From Spirulina sp. (GTDB lineage Bacteria; Cyanobacteriota; Cyanobacteriia; Phormidesmidales; Phormidesmidaceae), in NCBI GenBank assembly GCA_044070495.1, contig JBIPSI010000007.1, forward strand, positions 114,499 through 178,498: a stretch of DNA of 64,000 nt, given 5' to 3'. Below the pieces are notes generated by a model that saw nothing but the letters and a program-made list of their open reading frames with translations, ran no database searches and was not told the DNA's origin. The position numbers were made by a program, and so were the translations under genes. Shown piece after piece: positions 49,815 to 60,490 of the stretch. Positions within the stretch are counted from its first letter, which is position 1. The number at the start of each line of letters is the position of its first letter.

Positions 49815-51428
49815 ATGAGCTACTGCATCAATCCCGATTGCCCGCAACCCAAGAACCCGCCCACCCTGACGCACTGCCAAGCCTGTGGGTCGGCCTTGTT
49901 GCTGCGAGACCGCTACCGGGTGCTGCGAGCCTTGGGTCGGGGTGGATTCGGGGCCACCTTCCTAGCCAGGGACGAAATGCTACCCGGCAAGCCGCCCTGC
50001 GTGATTAAGCAACTCTTGCCCTCCAGCGACGTGCCGCAACTGATCGAGATGGCGCGGGATCTCTTCCAACGGGAGGCTAAAATTCTCGGCAAAATTGGTA
50101 ACCATCCTCAATTGCCCCGCCTGCTGGATTACTTTGAGATCAAACAAGAGTTTTTCCTTGTTCAGGAATTTATTAACGGAGCGACCCTCCAGCAGGAAGT
50201 AAAACGAGGCGGGCCGTTCACCGAGGCCGGGGTGAAGCAATTCCTCAGCGAAATTCTGGGGATGATCCAGTACGTTCACTCCAACCACGTCATTCACCGG
50301 GACATCAAACCCGCCAATATCATTCGGCGGGAACAGGACAAAAAGCTGGTGCTGATTGACTTTGGGGCCGTGAAGGATAAGGTAAATCCCGTTCAGGCCG
50401 CTAGTTCCGAGCAAACCGCCCTCACCGCCTACGCCATTGGCACTCCGGGCTATGCCCCACCGGAGCAAATGGCCATGCGCCCGGTCTACGCCAGCGACAT
50501 CTATGCCCTGGGGGTCACCTGCATTTATCTGCTCTCCGGCAAAGCGCCCAAAGACCTAAACTACGACCCCGTGACCGGGGAACTGCTCTGGCGAGACAAG
50601 GTTCACGTCAGCGACCACTTTGCCAAGGTGCTGGAGAAAATGCTGGAAATCTCGGTGCGCCACCGCTACCAGTCGGCGGAGGCGGTGCTGCGGGATCTCG
50701 ATTTAGAACCCTACCTGATGAGCTTGGCCCAAAACATGGCCACCCCCAGCCAGCCCAAGGCCCCCGATCCCCCCCAGAACGGCTACCATGGGCCTCGTCA
50801 GTCCGCCGCTGCCCCCACCGAACGCGACCATTCCCCTGCGTCTTCCGCCGCCCGGCTCGCCGCCGCCATCCGCGCCCGCCGCGAACGGGCCACCAGTAGC
50901 CAGTCGGGGACTCCCTCCGCTGGCAACGGCTACACCTCCTCCCGCACCGCCGCCGCCCAATCTGGCCCCTCATCCTCGGCCCGCCCGCCCGCCCGTGTTC
51001 AGTTGTCCTCGGAGGAGGTCAAGCAAAAGTATTCCAAGGGACGACGGGATTTTTCCCTGCAAACCTTCCGAGCCTTGGACGTACAGCGCACCGCCCTGGC
51101 CGACATCAACTTCAACCAGTCGAAGTTGCCCAACGCCAATTTCCAAGGCTCCGACCTCAGCCATGCTAACTTTGGCCGCGCCAGCCTCACCAAGGCCAAC
51201 CTTCGCAACGCCAAGCTGATCAAAGCCTACTTCCACTACGCCAACCTGGAGGGGGCCGACCTACGTGGGGCTAACCTGGCCCAAGCCTGTCTATCCAATG
51301 CCAACCTGCGGGGGGCCAACCTCTGTGGGGCCGACCTCACCGGGGCGCTAGTGACCGACGAACAACTGGCCACCGCCCGCACCAATTGGTCTACGGTGTT
51401 ACCCAATGGCCGCCGGGGCATCCTGTAG
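49815..51428 (+). CDS. Ser/Thr kinase with pentapeptide repeats (SpkB-like)
   Basis: MSYCINP.C, GRGGFG, HRDIKPAN, DFG, C-terminal pentapeptide repeats. Confidence 0.92.
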   Translation: MSYCINPDCPQPKNPPTLTHCQACGSALLLRDRYRVLRALGRGGFGATFLARDEMLPGKPPCVIKQLLPSSDVPQLIEMARDLFQREAKILGKIGNHPQLPRLLDYFEIKQEFFLVQEFINGATLQQEVKRGGPFTEAGVKQFLSEILGMIQYVHSNHVIHRDIKPANIIRREQDKKLVLIDFGAVKDKVNPVQAASSEQTALTAYAIGTPGYAPPEQMAMRPVYASDIYALGVTCIYLLSGKAPKDLNYDPVTGELLWRDKVHVSDHFAKVLEKMLEISVRHRYQSAEAVLRDLDLEPYLMSLAQNMATPSQPKAPDPPQNGYHGPRQSAAAPTERDHSPASSAARLAAAIRARRERATSSQSGTPSAGNGYTSSRTAAAQSGPSSSARPPARVQLSSEEVKQKYSKGRRDFSLQTFRALDVQRTALADINFNQSKLPNANFQGSDLSHANFGRASLTKANLRNAKLIKAYFHYANLEGADLRGANLAQACLSNANLRGANLCGADLTGALVTDEQLATARTNWSTVLPNGRRGIL

Positions 51429-51507
51429 CCGAGGCGCTCCCTAGATGTCCTTAAAGGCCCGAAAGTGCCCTATGGTAATAATGCAAACCTAGGGTAGAAC
51501 AAGGGCC

Positions 51508-53475
51508 ATGGCTAAGGCACAGGGGGTCGTCCAGTTTGGACAACGGATTGTCGCTCTTTTGGCAGTGCTGGCATTTACCTGGGGGACGGTGGGCTGCGCC
51601 AAACCCACGGAACCCACGGTGCTACTGTCGGAACCCACGGAAGCCCCTCACCTGCTGGCTGGCCCCATTGCTGAGGTGTCGCCCCCAGAAACTCTGGATA
51701 CCCTCAAACAAATTATTGATGCCTACACGCCCCAGGTGCGTATCCTCAGCCCTCGCCCCGGCGAAGTGGTGGAGAGTGCTACGGTGTCGGTGCGGTTCCA
51801 GGTGCGGGGCTTGCCCCTATTTAAAGATGAAACCTGGCAACTTGGCCCCCATCTTCACGTTTTTCTAGACGACCAGCCCTACAAAGCCGTCTATGATGCC
51901 TCGGAACCCTTGGTCCTAGAGGATTTGGCCCCCGGCACCCACACCTTACGTGTGTTTGCCTCCCGACCCTGGCACGAAAGCTTTAAAAACGACGGAGCCT
52001 TTGACCAGCGCACCTTTCACATCTTTGCCCCCACCCCCCAAAACGAGGTGAACGCCAGCGCCCCCCTGCTCACCTACAGCCGCCCCCAGGGCAGCTATGG
52101 GGCCGAACCGATCATGCTGGACTTTTACCTCACCAATGCGCCCCTGCACCTCACGGCCCAGGAAGACCCCAAGGACGACCTCCACGACTGGCGGATTCGC
52201 TGCACCGTCAACGGCCAAAGCTTTGTGTTTGATCAATGGCAACCCATCTATCTGAAAGGCTTCCAGCCCGGACGCAACTGGGTGCAGCTTGAACTCATCG
52301 ACGAAACCGGACGCCCCATCGACAACCGCTTTAACAACACCGTCCGCATTATTGACTACCAGCCCGGAGGCACCGATACCCTGTCTCGCCTGGTGCGCGG
52401 CGAACTCGATCTAAAAGCCGTCGCTAGCATCATTGACCCCACCTACACCCCACCCGCCCCTCCAGAACCAGAGGACAAAGCAGTGGCGGAAGATGAGGCA
52501 TCCCCCCTAGAGGAGCCGGAAGCCATTGAGGAACCTCAACCCGTGGCACCTGAGCCGGTGACGCCTGAGCCGTCAGAGATCGCTCCCTCAGCGGCCCCTG
52601 CCGACCCCGAACCCGCCCAGGCTGAGGATACAACTGAGGTTCAGGCTGAGGACTCTGCCCCCATGGTGACGGAAGAACCTGAGGTGGCAGCCCCCGACAG
52701 CACAGCCCCCGACCTAGAATCCGCCGCTGAGGATAAGGCCCTCCCAGCCACGCCGTCAGAGGTCATTTCCCCTAACGCACCACCGGATACCGAGATCGAT
52801 ACCGAGATCGACACCGGGACTGAAGCGGATACCGATAGTCAGCCCGATCCGACCGCCGCTGCCGCAACTGAGGATCCCAAGGAGGATCTTGATAACGAAC
52901 CCGCCGCCAGCGATGTTGCCCCACAGCCCGACACCCTGCCCGATGCTGCTAGCCCTGAGAGTATCCAAACCCAGTCCCAGTCCCAGTCCCAGTCCCAAGG
53001 GATAGCACCTTCAGAGACGCCCGTTGCCAAGGCCAAGGGGATGATGAAACGCTGGAAAAACTGGGCTCAGGAGCAAACCCTACCTGGCTTTGGGGCATCG
53101 TCGCCCGAACCAGCCCCCGTCGCGCCCCCGATCCCGGTCTACGAAACCCCCACGTCCGAGCCAGAACCAGAGGTGTCTACCCCCAGCGAGTCCAGCCCCA
53201 GCCAGGGAGAAGCCCCGACCATGGTGATGCCGGAACTGATTGAGCCTTACCTTACCCAGCCCTACATGACCGAGCCTCGCCTGGAATTTCAGCCCGCCGA
53301 GGTTGAACCATTTGCGGAATCGGAGACCGAAGCATTGAAGCAATCCACAATGAACGGTGATGATCGCGGATCTACTCCGGTCGATCCAGGGGACGATGAG
53401 GAAACGCCCGAAACCGAGGCCAACGAGGGAACAACGCCCTCAGACCGATCTTTCTTCAAGCGTCCCTACATCTAA
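51508..53475 (+). CDS. conserved cyanobacterial lipoprotein with acidic Pro-rich tail
   Basis: VGC lipobox, GPHLHVFLD, HTLRVFASRPWHESFK; CCCAGT hexamer repeat near 52970-52997. Confidence 0.75.
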   Translation: MAKAQGVVQFGQRIVALLAVLAFTWGTVGCAKPTEPTVLLSEPTEAPHLLAGPIAEVSPPETLDTLKQIIDAYTPQVRILSPRPGEVVESATVSVRFQVRGLPLFKDETWQLGPHLHVFLDDQPYKAVYDASEPLVLEDLAPGTHTLRVFASRPWHESFKNDGAFDQRTFHIFAPTPQNEVNASAPLLTYSRPQGSYGAEPIMLDFYLTNAPLHLTAQEDPKDDLHDWRIRCTVNGQSFVFDQWQPIYLKGFQPGRNWVQLELIDETGRPIDNRFNNTVRIIDYQPGGTDTLSRLVRGELDLKAVASIIDPTYTPPAPPEPEDKAVAEDEASPLEEPEAIEEPQPVAPEPVTPEPSEIAPSAAPADPEPAQAEDTTEVQAEDSAPMVTEEPEVAAPDSTAPDLESAAEDKALPATPSEVISPNAPPDTEIDTEIDTGTEADTDSQPDPTAAAATEDPKEDLDNEPAASDVAPQPDTLPDAASPESIQTQSQSQSQSQGIAPSETPVAKAKGMMKRWKNWAQEQTLPGFGASSPEPAPVAPPIPVYETPTSEPEPEVSTPSESSPSQGEAPTMVMPELIEPYLTQPYMTEPRLEFQPAEVEPFAESETEALKQSTMNGDDRGSTPVDPGDDEETPETEANEGTTPSDRSFFKRPYI

Positions 53476-53534
53476 ATACCAAGCATCAATATCAAGCCCC
53501 TGCCTTGCCCCCCTATGGTTGCCTTGGAGGATTG

Positions 53535-54230
53535 ATGAAACCCTACCTGCGAACGCTATTGATGTTGAGTCTCAGCCTGGGGGGATGGTTCCTCGCAGGG
53601 TGCCAAGGATCCCCTACAACCAATGCTGTGGCCCCAACCTCGGAGACAACAGCCTCCACCGAGGTCGCCACCCCAGCGGTAGAACCTGGGATCGATGGCA
53701 CCCACGATGCTGCCGATAACAACGGAGAGGTTACCCAGGATGCCGAGACCGTGGGAGCAGAACCAAAGCCCTTGGCAGTGGCCCAGGTGGTGATTGGCGG
53801 CGTTTCCTTGGCCATGAACGAGGCCGAGGTGCGGGCGGTTTTGGGCGAACCCCAGGCGGTTACAGAAGAAGATTATCCCTGCTGTGGCCTCACGCGCCGC
53901 CTGCAATATCCTCAGATGACCGTTGGGTTTATCGCGGCAGATCCAGCGTCCGACAGCCCAGAGTCCATGATTCTCTACTCGCTCTTTACAGCCGATCCAG
54001 CGGTTGTAACCAATCGGGATATCCAAGTCGGCTCCAGCCGTCAGGCCGTCATCGAGGCCTATGGCCCACCTGCCTTTGAAAACATGACCACACGGTATGG
54101 TAGCCCAGAGGAAGAATCCAGGTTCCCGGCCCTCTACTACACCGTGGAGTATGAGGGATCCTGGTTGGCCTTTGTGTTGGACGAGAACGACCAAGTGGTC
54201 GAAATTATCCGCGACGAACAGCTCAATTAA
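53535..54230 (+). CDS. hypothetical lipoprotein
   Basis: GGAGG RBS, LAGC lipobox. Confidence 0.75.
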   Translation: MKPYLRTLLMLSLSLGGWFLAGCQGSPTTNAVAPTSETTASTEVATPAVEPGIDGTHDAADNNGEVTQDAETVGAEPKPLAVAQVVIGGVSLAMNEAEVRAVLGEPQAVTEEDYPCCGLTRRLQYPQMTVGFIAADPASDSPESMILYSLFTADPAVVTNRDIQVGSSRQAVIEAYGPPAFENMTTRYGSPEEESRFPALYYTVEYEGSWLAFVLDENDQVVEIIRDEQLN

Positions 54231-54391
54231 CGCTCAATTCGCTGGGTCAGGAAATTCGTTGGGTCAGGGAATTGGCTGAGGGAGGTCGGAGGTTGGGAAG
54301 CCTATCCCTAAACAGAATGGCATACTAGAAGACCGAGGGAACCGACCCTTCCCCTGCCTTGTTCTTTTCTGCCCTATCCCCGATCACAGCT

Positions 54392-55207
54392 ATGGTGGCC
54401 CATAAACTCGACCAACTCCAAGCCCTCTTTGCCGAGATGGATCGGGCCTTGATTGCCTACTCTGGCGGCATTGATAGCACCCTAGTGGCCAAGGTGGCCT
54501 ACGACGTGCTGGGGGATCGCGCCCTAGCGGTAACGGCCAATTCCCCCTCCCTGATGCCAGAGGATTTGGAGGATGCCCGCATCCAGGCGGCCACCATTGG
54601 CATTGCCCACGAAATTGTGCAAACCCACGAACTCGACAACCCCAACTACGCCAGCAACCCGGTCAACCGCTGCTACTTTTGCAAAAGCGAACTCCACGAC
54701 ACCCTCCGACCCCTGGCCCTAGAACGGGGCTATCCCTACGTGGTGGATGGGGTCAACGCTGACGACCTGGGAGACTATCGACCGGGCATCCAAGCGGCCA
54801 AGGAACGGGGGGCACGGTCGCCCTTAGCCGAGATCGGTATCACCAAGCTAGAGGTGCGGCAGATCTCTCAATTCCTGGGTCTGCCCTGGTGGGATAAACC
54901 CGCCCAGCCCTGCCTCAGTTCGCGGTTTCCCTACGGCGAAGAAATCACCCTAGAGAAGCTGCACCGGGTGGGCCGAGCCGAGCGCTATCTGCGGGATTTG
55001 GGCCTGAAAAACCTGCGGGTGCGATCCGCTGGGGATACCGCCCGGATTGAGATTCCGGCGGAGGACATTAAGGATTTTGTGGCCGATAATGATCTGGATG
55101 CCTTGGTGAGGGCCTTCCAGGGCCACGGCTTTACCTATGTCACCCTAGATTTAGAAGGCTTCCGTAGCGGTAAACTCAACCAAGACCTACCCCTGGTTCG
55201 GTCTTGA
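54392..55207 (+). CDS. larE: ATP-dependent sacrificial sulfur transferase
   Basis: SGGIDS PP-loop, RCYFCK, DYRPG, CLSSRFPYG, RSG. Confidence 0.9.
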   Translation: MVAHKLDQLQALFAEMDRALIAYSGGIDSTLVAKVAYDVLGDRALAVTANSPSLMPEDLEDARIQAATIGIAHEIVQTHELDNPNYASNPVNRCYFCKSELHDTLRPLALERGYPYVVDGVNADDLGDYRPGIQAAKERGARSPLAEIGITKLEVRQISQFLGLPWWDKPAQPCLSSRFPYGEEITLEKLHRVGRAERYLRDLGLKNLRVRSAGDTARIEIPAEDIKDFVADNDLDALVRAFQGHGFTYVTLDLEGFRSGKLNQDLPLVRS

Positions 55208-55259
55208 TGGCCCTCCGCTTCACCCCTAACCCTGCTCCGAACCTAGCCCTCGTTTTGCT

Positions 55260-56312
55260 ATGACCTACTTCCTCGCTGGCGACATTGGCGGCACCAAAAC
55301 CATCCTGCGCCTGGTAGATGCCACCGCCGAAACCACCCCCAAACCCCAGGTCGAAACCTGCTTCGAGCGGCGCTACTCCAGCCAGGCCTACCCCGACTTG
55401 GTACCGATGGTGAAGGAGTTTCTCCACACCGTGGCCGAGCAGGCGGGGCAACCTCTCCATCCGGTGCGGGCCTGTTTTGCCATCGCTGGCCCCGTGGTAG
55501 ACAACTGCTCTAGCCTCACCAACCTGGCCTGGTCGCTAGAAGGAGATCGGCTCAAGGATGAACTAAACCTAGAGCGGGTCGAGCTGATTAACGACTTCGA
55601 GGCCGTGGGCTATGGCGTATTTGGCCTAGAACCCAGCGATCTCCACACCCTCCAGGCAGGGGATTATCACCCCAATGCCCCGGTGGCGATTTTGGGGGCG
55701 GGCACTGGGCTAGGCCAGGGCTTTGCCATCAACCACAACGGACGCTGGGCGGTGTTTCCCTCCGAGGGGGGCCATGCGGACTTTGCCCCCCGGTCGGAAC
55801 TAGAATTTCAACTGCTGCGCTACCTGATCGACAAGCACCAGATCTCGCGAGTTTCTGTAGAGCGGGTGGTGTCAGGTCAGGGGATTGTGTCGATCTACCA
55901 ATTTCTGCGGGATCGGGAATTTGCCCACGAAACCCCCGCTGTGGCCGAAGCTATCACCGCCTGGGAACGCCAGATTGGCCTAAAAACTAAAACCATCGAC
56001 CCCGCTGCCGTGATTTCCCAAGCCGCCGCCGAGGGCCAGGATCGCCTTTGCCAAAAGGCGATGGAGATTTTTGTGGAGGCCTACGGAGCCGAAGCCGGAA
56101 ACCTCGCCCTGAAGCTACTGCCCTACGGCGGGCTGTATGTGGCCGGGGGTGTGGCTGCCAAAAACCTGCCGCTGATGACCGCTGGCCAGTTTATGGATGC
56201 CTTCTGCCACAAGGGCCGCATGAGTTCCCTGCTAGACAACATCCCAGTTCACATCGTCCTCAATCCCCAGGTGGGGCTAATTGGGGCCGCCCTCAAAGCC
56301 GCCCAGGATTAG
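55260..56312 (+). CDS. glk: glucokinase
   Basis: GDIGGT, INDFEA, GAGTGLG, SEGGH. Confidence 0.95.
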   Translation: MTYFLAGDIGGTKTILRLVDATAETTPKPQVETCFERRYSSQAYPDLVPMVKEFLHTVAEQAGQPLHPVRACFAIAGPVVDNCSSLTNLAWSLEGDRLKDELNLERVELINDFEAVGYGVFGLEPSDLHTLQAGDYHPNAPVAILGAGTGLGQGFAINHNGRWAVFPSEGGHADFAPRSELEFQLLRYLIDKHQISRVSVERVVSGQGIVSIYQFLRDREFAHETPAVAEAITAWERQIGLKTKTIDPAAVISQAAAEGQDRLCQKAMEIFVEAYGAEAGNLALKLLPYGGLYVAGGVAAKNLPLMTAGQFMDAFCHKGRMSSLLDNIPVHIVLNPQVGLIGAALKAAQD

Positions 56313-56324
56313 ACAAAACTGGTG

Positions 56325-57356
56325 CTAAGTGCCCCAATCAGGCCACTCCTCAAGGGGTTGAGTAGAGGTCACTAGGTGCATTCCGGCCTCCGCAAAGGTT
56401 TGAAAGGTGGCGTTGGCTTGGTCGGTGAAATCTACCACGCCGGGGACAACCACGGGCGATGTGCAGTCCTCCAGCAAGTACACCTTTTGGGCTAGGGCGG
56501 GGTCGAGGGCCTGGATGGCGCTGAGCAAATCCGCCACCGTCCAGGCGACACAGTGGCTTTTGGCCTGTCCGGCGACCACCACCCCATCGTAGGTCAGCAG
56601 AGTTTCGATCAAAGTGTGATTGACCTGGGCCAGGGGTTGCCCCTGCTCATCGTGGGTGACTTCGGGCCGGAGAACCGAATAGTTTTCGGTGAGGGGATGG
56701 CTACCCTTTAGCTCGAAGCGGGTGGGGCTGTGGCGGGCGATGGCGTGGAAAAAACAGGCCTCCTCCACCGCCGAAACCAAGGCATGGCCGATGCCCCCCA
56801 GCATGGAATGGTAGGGCCAAATCGTGAGGGGATATTTGCCCCGATCCGCTAGGGTTTTGGTGTAATGAAGGGCGTATTCCTGGGGATCGGCGGTACCTAG
56901 GTTGGCCGCAATGGCCGGATTCACTTGCCACTTGCCCTGCACCACCTCGTCGTAGGTAATCAGCGTCATCGGCGGCGGCGGGTTGCCCTCAGCATCTACC
57001 CAAAATTCCGCGTGGAATACCTGCATGGCGCTATGGGTATCCAGAGTGGGAATGATGGTGGTGATGTGGGCCAAGTTGCGATAAATAAAGGCACAGAGCC
57101 GTTCGTTGTCCTCCACCGCCCCCCGGCCAGAACGTCCCCCCACAAACAGCTCAAAATCCGGCAGGCAAAAGGTGTTTTGCACGTCAATCAGCAGCACCGC
57201 CAGCCGCCGCTGGTCTTCGCTGGCCGGAGTAATGCCATGGCGTTTCGCCCAATCCCTCGCCTCCATGGCCCGCTGTTCGTAGGGAACCCGCCAAACAGTC
57301 CCCAATCGGTCAGGGGCAAAAAACGCAGGCAGGGGCAGGGAGGACGGAGTAGCCAT
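56325..57356 (-). CDS. isochorismatase/nicotinamidase-like cysteine hydrolase
   Basis: [21 protein letters not shown]. Confidence 0.85.
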   Translation of the reverse strand: MATPSSLPLPAFFAPDRLGTVWRVPYEQRAMEARDWAKRHGITPASEDQRRLAVLLIDVQNTFCLPDFELFVGGRSGRGAVEDNERLCAFIYRNLAHITTIIPTLDTHSAMQVFHAEFWVDAEGNPPPPMTLITYDEVVQGKWQVNPAIAANLGTADPQEYALHYTKTLADRGKYPLTIWPYHSMLGGIGHALVSAVEEACFFHAIARHSPTRFELKGSHPLTENYSVLRPEVTHDEQGQPLAQVNHTLIETLLTYDGVVVAGQAKSHCVAWTVADLLSAIQALDPALAQKVYLLEDCTSPVVVPGVVDFTDQANATFQTFAEAGMHLVTSTQPLEEWPDWGT

Positions 57357-57389
57357 AGGACAACGGTACAGGAGAAGAAGCAACGCTCC

Positions 57390-57977
57390 TCAAGTATGGC
57401 CCATCCTTCTCGGATACTCCAGCGTCTCCAAGGACAACAGCACCTCCAACATTACAGCCCGACATTGTAGGCAGGACACTTTATGAAGCAGGTCACGCAA
57501 CCCCGCCGGGGTAAAGGGGTAATGCTGGCTACCGGGGGAAAAGGAGTGATCGACGTCGGTCAGCTTGGCCCGAAAGCCAAACAGCCGCTGGTTAGAAAAG
57601 GAACTATTCACAGGCCAGCCCTCGGTATTCAGTCGTTCTAGGGTGACGATGCTGGTGGCGTCTATCCCTAATTCCCGCCGCAAAATGGCCTGGGCGGCAA
57701 CAGCGGGGTCTTGCCCAGCCACCACGCGACCGCCCGGCAAATCCAAGGTGGCCTTTCCTAACCCAGGACGATAGACCGCTGGGGGCAGCACAACTTGTTC
57801 CCGCCAAATCGGCAGCACAATGGCGGAATCGGCCTTTTCCACCCGCCAATAGTCCACCGTTTGCTGATCCGGAGTCTGCAACCGTTCCCCCACTAGGCGT
57901 AACCAGGGATTTCGCAGATCCAGAAGAATCTGCTGCACGGGCCAGGGGGCGGCGGGGGCGGGGGTATCGCTAGACAA
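57390..57977 (-). CDS. NUDIX-like hydrolase
   Basis: DYWRVEK, DLPGG...RRELG degenerate Nudix box. Confidence 0.75.
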   Translation of the reverse strand: MSSDTPAPAAPWPVQQILLDLRNPWLRLVGERLQTPDQQTVDYWRVEKADSAIVLPIWREQVVLPPAVYRPGLGKATLDLPGGRVVAGQDPAVAAQAILRRELGIDATSIVTLERLNTEGWPVNSSFSNQRLFGFRAKLTDVDHSFSPGSQHYPFTPAGLRDLLHKVSCLQCRAVMLEVLLSLETLEYPRRMGHT

Positions 57978-58257
57978 TGGCTTGGATCCAGAAAGGGAAT
58001 TGTGAGACAGACTACCACCTTATGTCGAATCCAAATTCCATACCTCCGCTGCCCAGCCCGTCCAGCTTTGCGTAGGAGCGGGGTCTCCTCGCTCGCTGAG
58101 ACCGAGGGGCAATAAGCCAGATTGAGCATTATGTCGTTCACCAGTATCTTGCCCAGGGGGCGTCAAGCCCAACCGCGACCCTGCCAGGGCTGATCCCGCA
58201 GATTAGGCCGCACTAACCCATCCCACAATTGGTCTGCAAGCCTGGGATGGCCGTGGC

Positions 58258-59178
58258 TTACTCGAAGCCCCGTTCGCGCCAGGGCACAGGGTCTACCGCA
58301 ATACCGTGAACATACAGCCCCCAATGCAGGTGTGGCCCGGTGGAGGCTCCCGTGGATCCTACGGCCCCAATCACCTGACCCGCCTGCACAAAGTCGCTCT
58401 CATTCACATCAAGGCGGCTGAGGTGAATCATAATGCTCAGCACCCCTTGGCCGTGGTCAATGCCGATGGTGTTACCATGCAGCTCAAACCCGTCGGCCAC
58501 CCGACCCACTAAGCCAATACGCCCCGCCGCTGGAGCCACCACGGGTGATCCGGTGGGGGCGGCGTAGTCTACCCCTCGGTGGTAGTAATCTTGGGCAAAC
58601 ACACCATTGTAGTAGCGGCGCACACCGTAGACCGTGCTAACTCGACCAGGGTTGGGGCGCACCATGGCTCCGTTCCAAAACCGTTCCGGCGTCACCAGTT
58701 CCTTAAAAGCGGCGACTCGCGCAAATTCGTGATCGGTGCCGAGGTTGCTCTGACTGGGGGATAGGGTGATGCGCTGGGTCGGAAAGGTGCGGTTGCGCAG
58801 ACCCACGGCTAGGTTGCGGGTTTGCTCTTCGCCGCTAACCTGAATCACCATACGCCCCGGTGCATCCAGGGGGCTAGTCGGAATTAAAGCCCGATAGCGG
58901 TTTCCTGACAACAAAAAGACTGGGTATTGGCGGCTGCCGTTCACCGTCACCACGGGAGGCGTTGGTGTGCTGGCTTGCACAATGACCGTAATCGTATCGC
59001 CAATTTGAGGATCGGTAGGGGCAATCACCACATCGTAAGCATGGGCGCGTTGGGCCAGCACGAGGCTAGCGGATCCGGCCATCAGCCCGGAGAGAACGGC
59101 ACGACGAGTCCATTGGCGGTTTCCTGTGATGTATTCCATAGACGTTGTGTGAGGTCGCTGGCTAGAGGGTATCACCAA
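58258..59178 (-). CDS. M23 peptidase with twin-arginine-like signal
   Basis: TRRAVL...AHA; HRGVD, IHL, GPHLHW; start may be 59139. Confidence 0.88.
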   Translation of the reverse strand: MVIPSSQRPHTTSMEYITGNRQWTRRAVLSGLMAGSASLVLAQRAHAYDVVIAPTDPQIGDTITVIVQASTPTPPVVTVNGSRQYPVFLLSGNRYRALIPTSPLDAPGRMVIQVSGEEQTRNLAVGLRNRTFPTQRITLSPSQSNLGTDHEFARVAAFKELVTPERFWNGAMVRPNPGRVSTVYGVRRYYNGVFAQDYYHRGVDYAAPTGSPVVAPAAGRIGLVGRVADGFELHGNTIGIDHGQGVLSIMIHLSRLDVNESDFVQAGQVIGAVGSTGASTGPHLHWGLYVHGIAVDPVPWRERGFE

Positions 59179-59242
59179 TGACGGGGTTTATCCGCCCTAG
59201 AGTTCCGTGTCCACCCATCTTCAAGGCACCCATCCTAGCGAT

Positions 59243-59373
59243 ATGGTTGTCTGCAAAATATGGTGCATTGTGGACGCGGTAACCGCGCCCCTACGGCCTT
59301 TGAATCCTGTAGGGGTCAGGTCTCCTGACCCGATAACGAATTTGGATTTGGGCAAGCTTTGTCGGTCAACTAG
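59243..59373. mobile_element. degenerate MITE family A copy
   Basis: TGGTTGTCTG-CAAAA left end, TTTGTCGGTCAACTAG right end, same GGACGCGG..CCGCGCCCCTAC/GTAGGGGTCAGGTCTCCTGACCC core; no clear target duplication. Confidence 0.7.
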
Positions 59374-59417
59374 CCTCAATACACCCATCCCAGGCATGAA
59401 AGGGCTGAACGCAGAGG

Positions 59418-59651
59418 CTAGGGTTGATTCGCCTTAGCGTCTTTCACCGCCGCATAGAACAGTACCCCCACCAACGGCACACACAGACCGAGGATAATCG
59501 TCGTTGGCACCATGCCCCAGTCGGGATTTCCGGAGGAAAGCTCAAACACAGAACCCACCGCTGCAATGCCCGCTATGCAGGAACCCGCCAAATACAAACC
59601 ACTCTTTGGGGTCACAACCCTACTCCTCTGTAGATAAATCGGTCGATACAC
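59418..59651 (-). CDS. small two-TM hypothetical protein
   Basis: LYLAGSCIAGIAAVGSVFELSSG.P and a second hydrophobic helix. Confidence 0.65.
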   Translation of the reverse strand: MYRPIYLQRSRVVTPKSGLYLAGSCIAGIAAVGSVFELSSGNPDWGMVPTTIILGLCVPLVGVLFYAAVKDAKANQP

Positions 59652-59660
59652 ATGATGAAG

Positions 59661-59779
59661 GGATCCCCCCTGCCCCCCTTGTCAAGGGGGGATCTGAGGC
59701 TATTTCAGGGTTTCCCTTTTGTCGAGGGCTTCGAGTTCACTTCAAAGTCCCCCTTCTCAAGGGGGATTTAGGGGGATCC
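59661..59779. repeat. CCCCCTT/AAGGGGG double-hairpin repeat module
   Basis: Inverted relative of 29745-29822. Confidence 0.8.
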
Positions 59780-59840
59780 CTCGCCTTGGTCGTTCGTCCC
59801 CAAGCTCTAGGCGCACCCTATTCCTGGGACAACGGTTGCC

Positions 59841-60407
59841 CTAGGACTTCACAGGCTGCACATCCTTGGCAAAGAACCCATTTTTCTTCAGTTCTTGGTT
59901 CAGGGCAAGGCTGTTGTCCACCCGATCCACAAACAGCACCCCGGTCAGGTGATCCATTTCGTGGAGGATGCAGCGGGCCAGCAGATCAGCGGCCTGAATT
60001 TTCTGGGGCCGTCCGTTTTCGTCTTTAAAGGAGACCTCAATGGCGGCGGGACGCACCACGTCCAAAAAGACACCGGGGATGCTGAGGCACCCCTCCTGCC
60101 CCACGGCCAGTTCCTTGGAAATGCGGAGAATCTTGGGGTTTACCAGCACTAGGGGCGGCGCAGCGGCATTTTCTGGATCCACATCCACCACAATCAACTG
60201 CTTGTTCACCGCCACCTGGGGAGCCGCCAACCCAATGCCATCGGCGCTATACATGGTTTGCAGCATCTCTTTGACGAGAACGCGCAGTTCGTCGTCCACC
60301 TTGGCCACCCGTTTAGCGGGCTGGCGCAGCACCCGATCCCCCAGGGTGTGAATGTCTAGGGGCGGCTGTTTCACTTTGGTTTTGTTGACTTGAATGGTGG
60401 CGGCCAT
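59841..60407 (-). CDS. def: peptide deformylase
   Basis: GIGLAAPQ, EGCLS, HEMDHL. Confidence 0.96.
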   Translation of the reverse strand: MAATIQVNKTKVKQPPLDIHTLGDRVLRQPAKRVAKVDDELRVLVKEMLQTMYSADGIGLAAPQVAVNKQLIVVDVDPENAAAPPLVLVNPKILRISKELAVGQEGCLSIPGVFLDVVRPAAIEVSFKDENGRPQKIQAADLLARCILHEMDHLTGVLFVDRVDNSLALNQELKKNGFFAKDVQPVKS

Positions 60408-60490
60408 AGGTTAATGCTGAGTTGCGTCGTATATATAAGCTGTTGTTACCTATCCTAACAACTCAAATTCACTTCGAGATAGCCCTGGCC

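Noticed and set aside
9381..59178. Three M23 peptidase genes as a system
   Set aside because: Widely separated, different architectures, and common in cyanobacteria.
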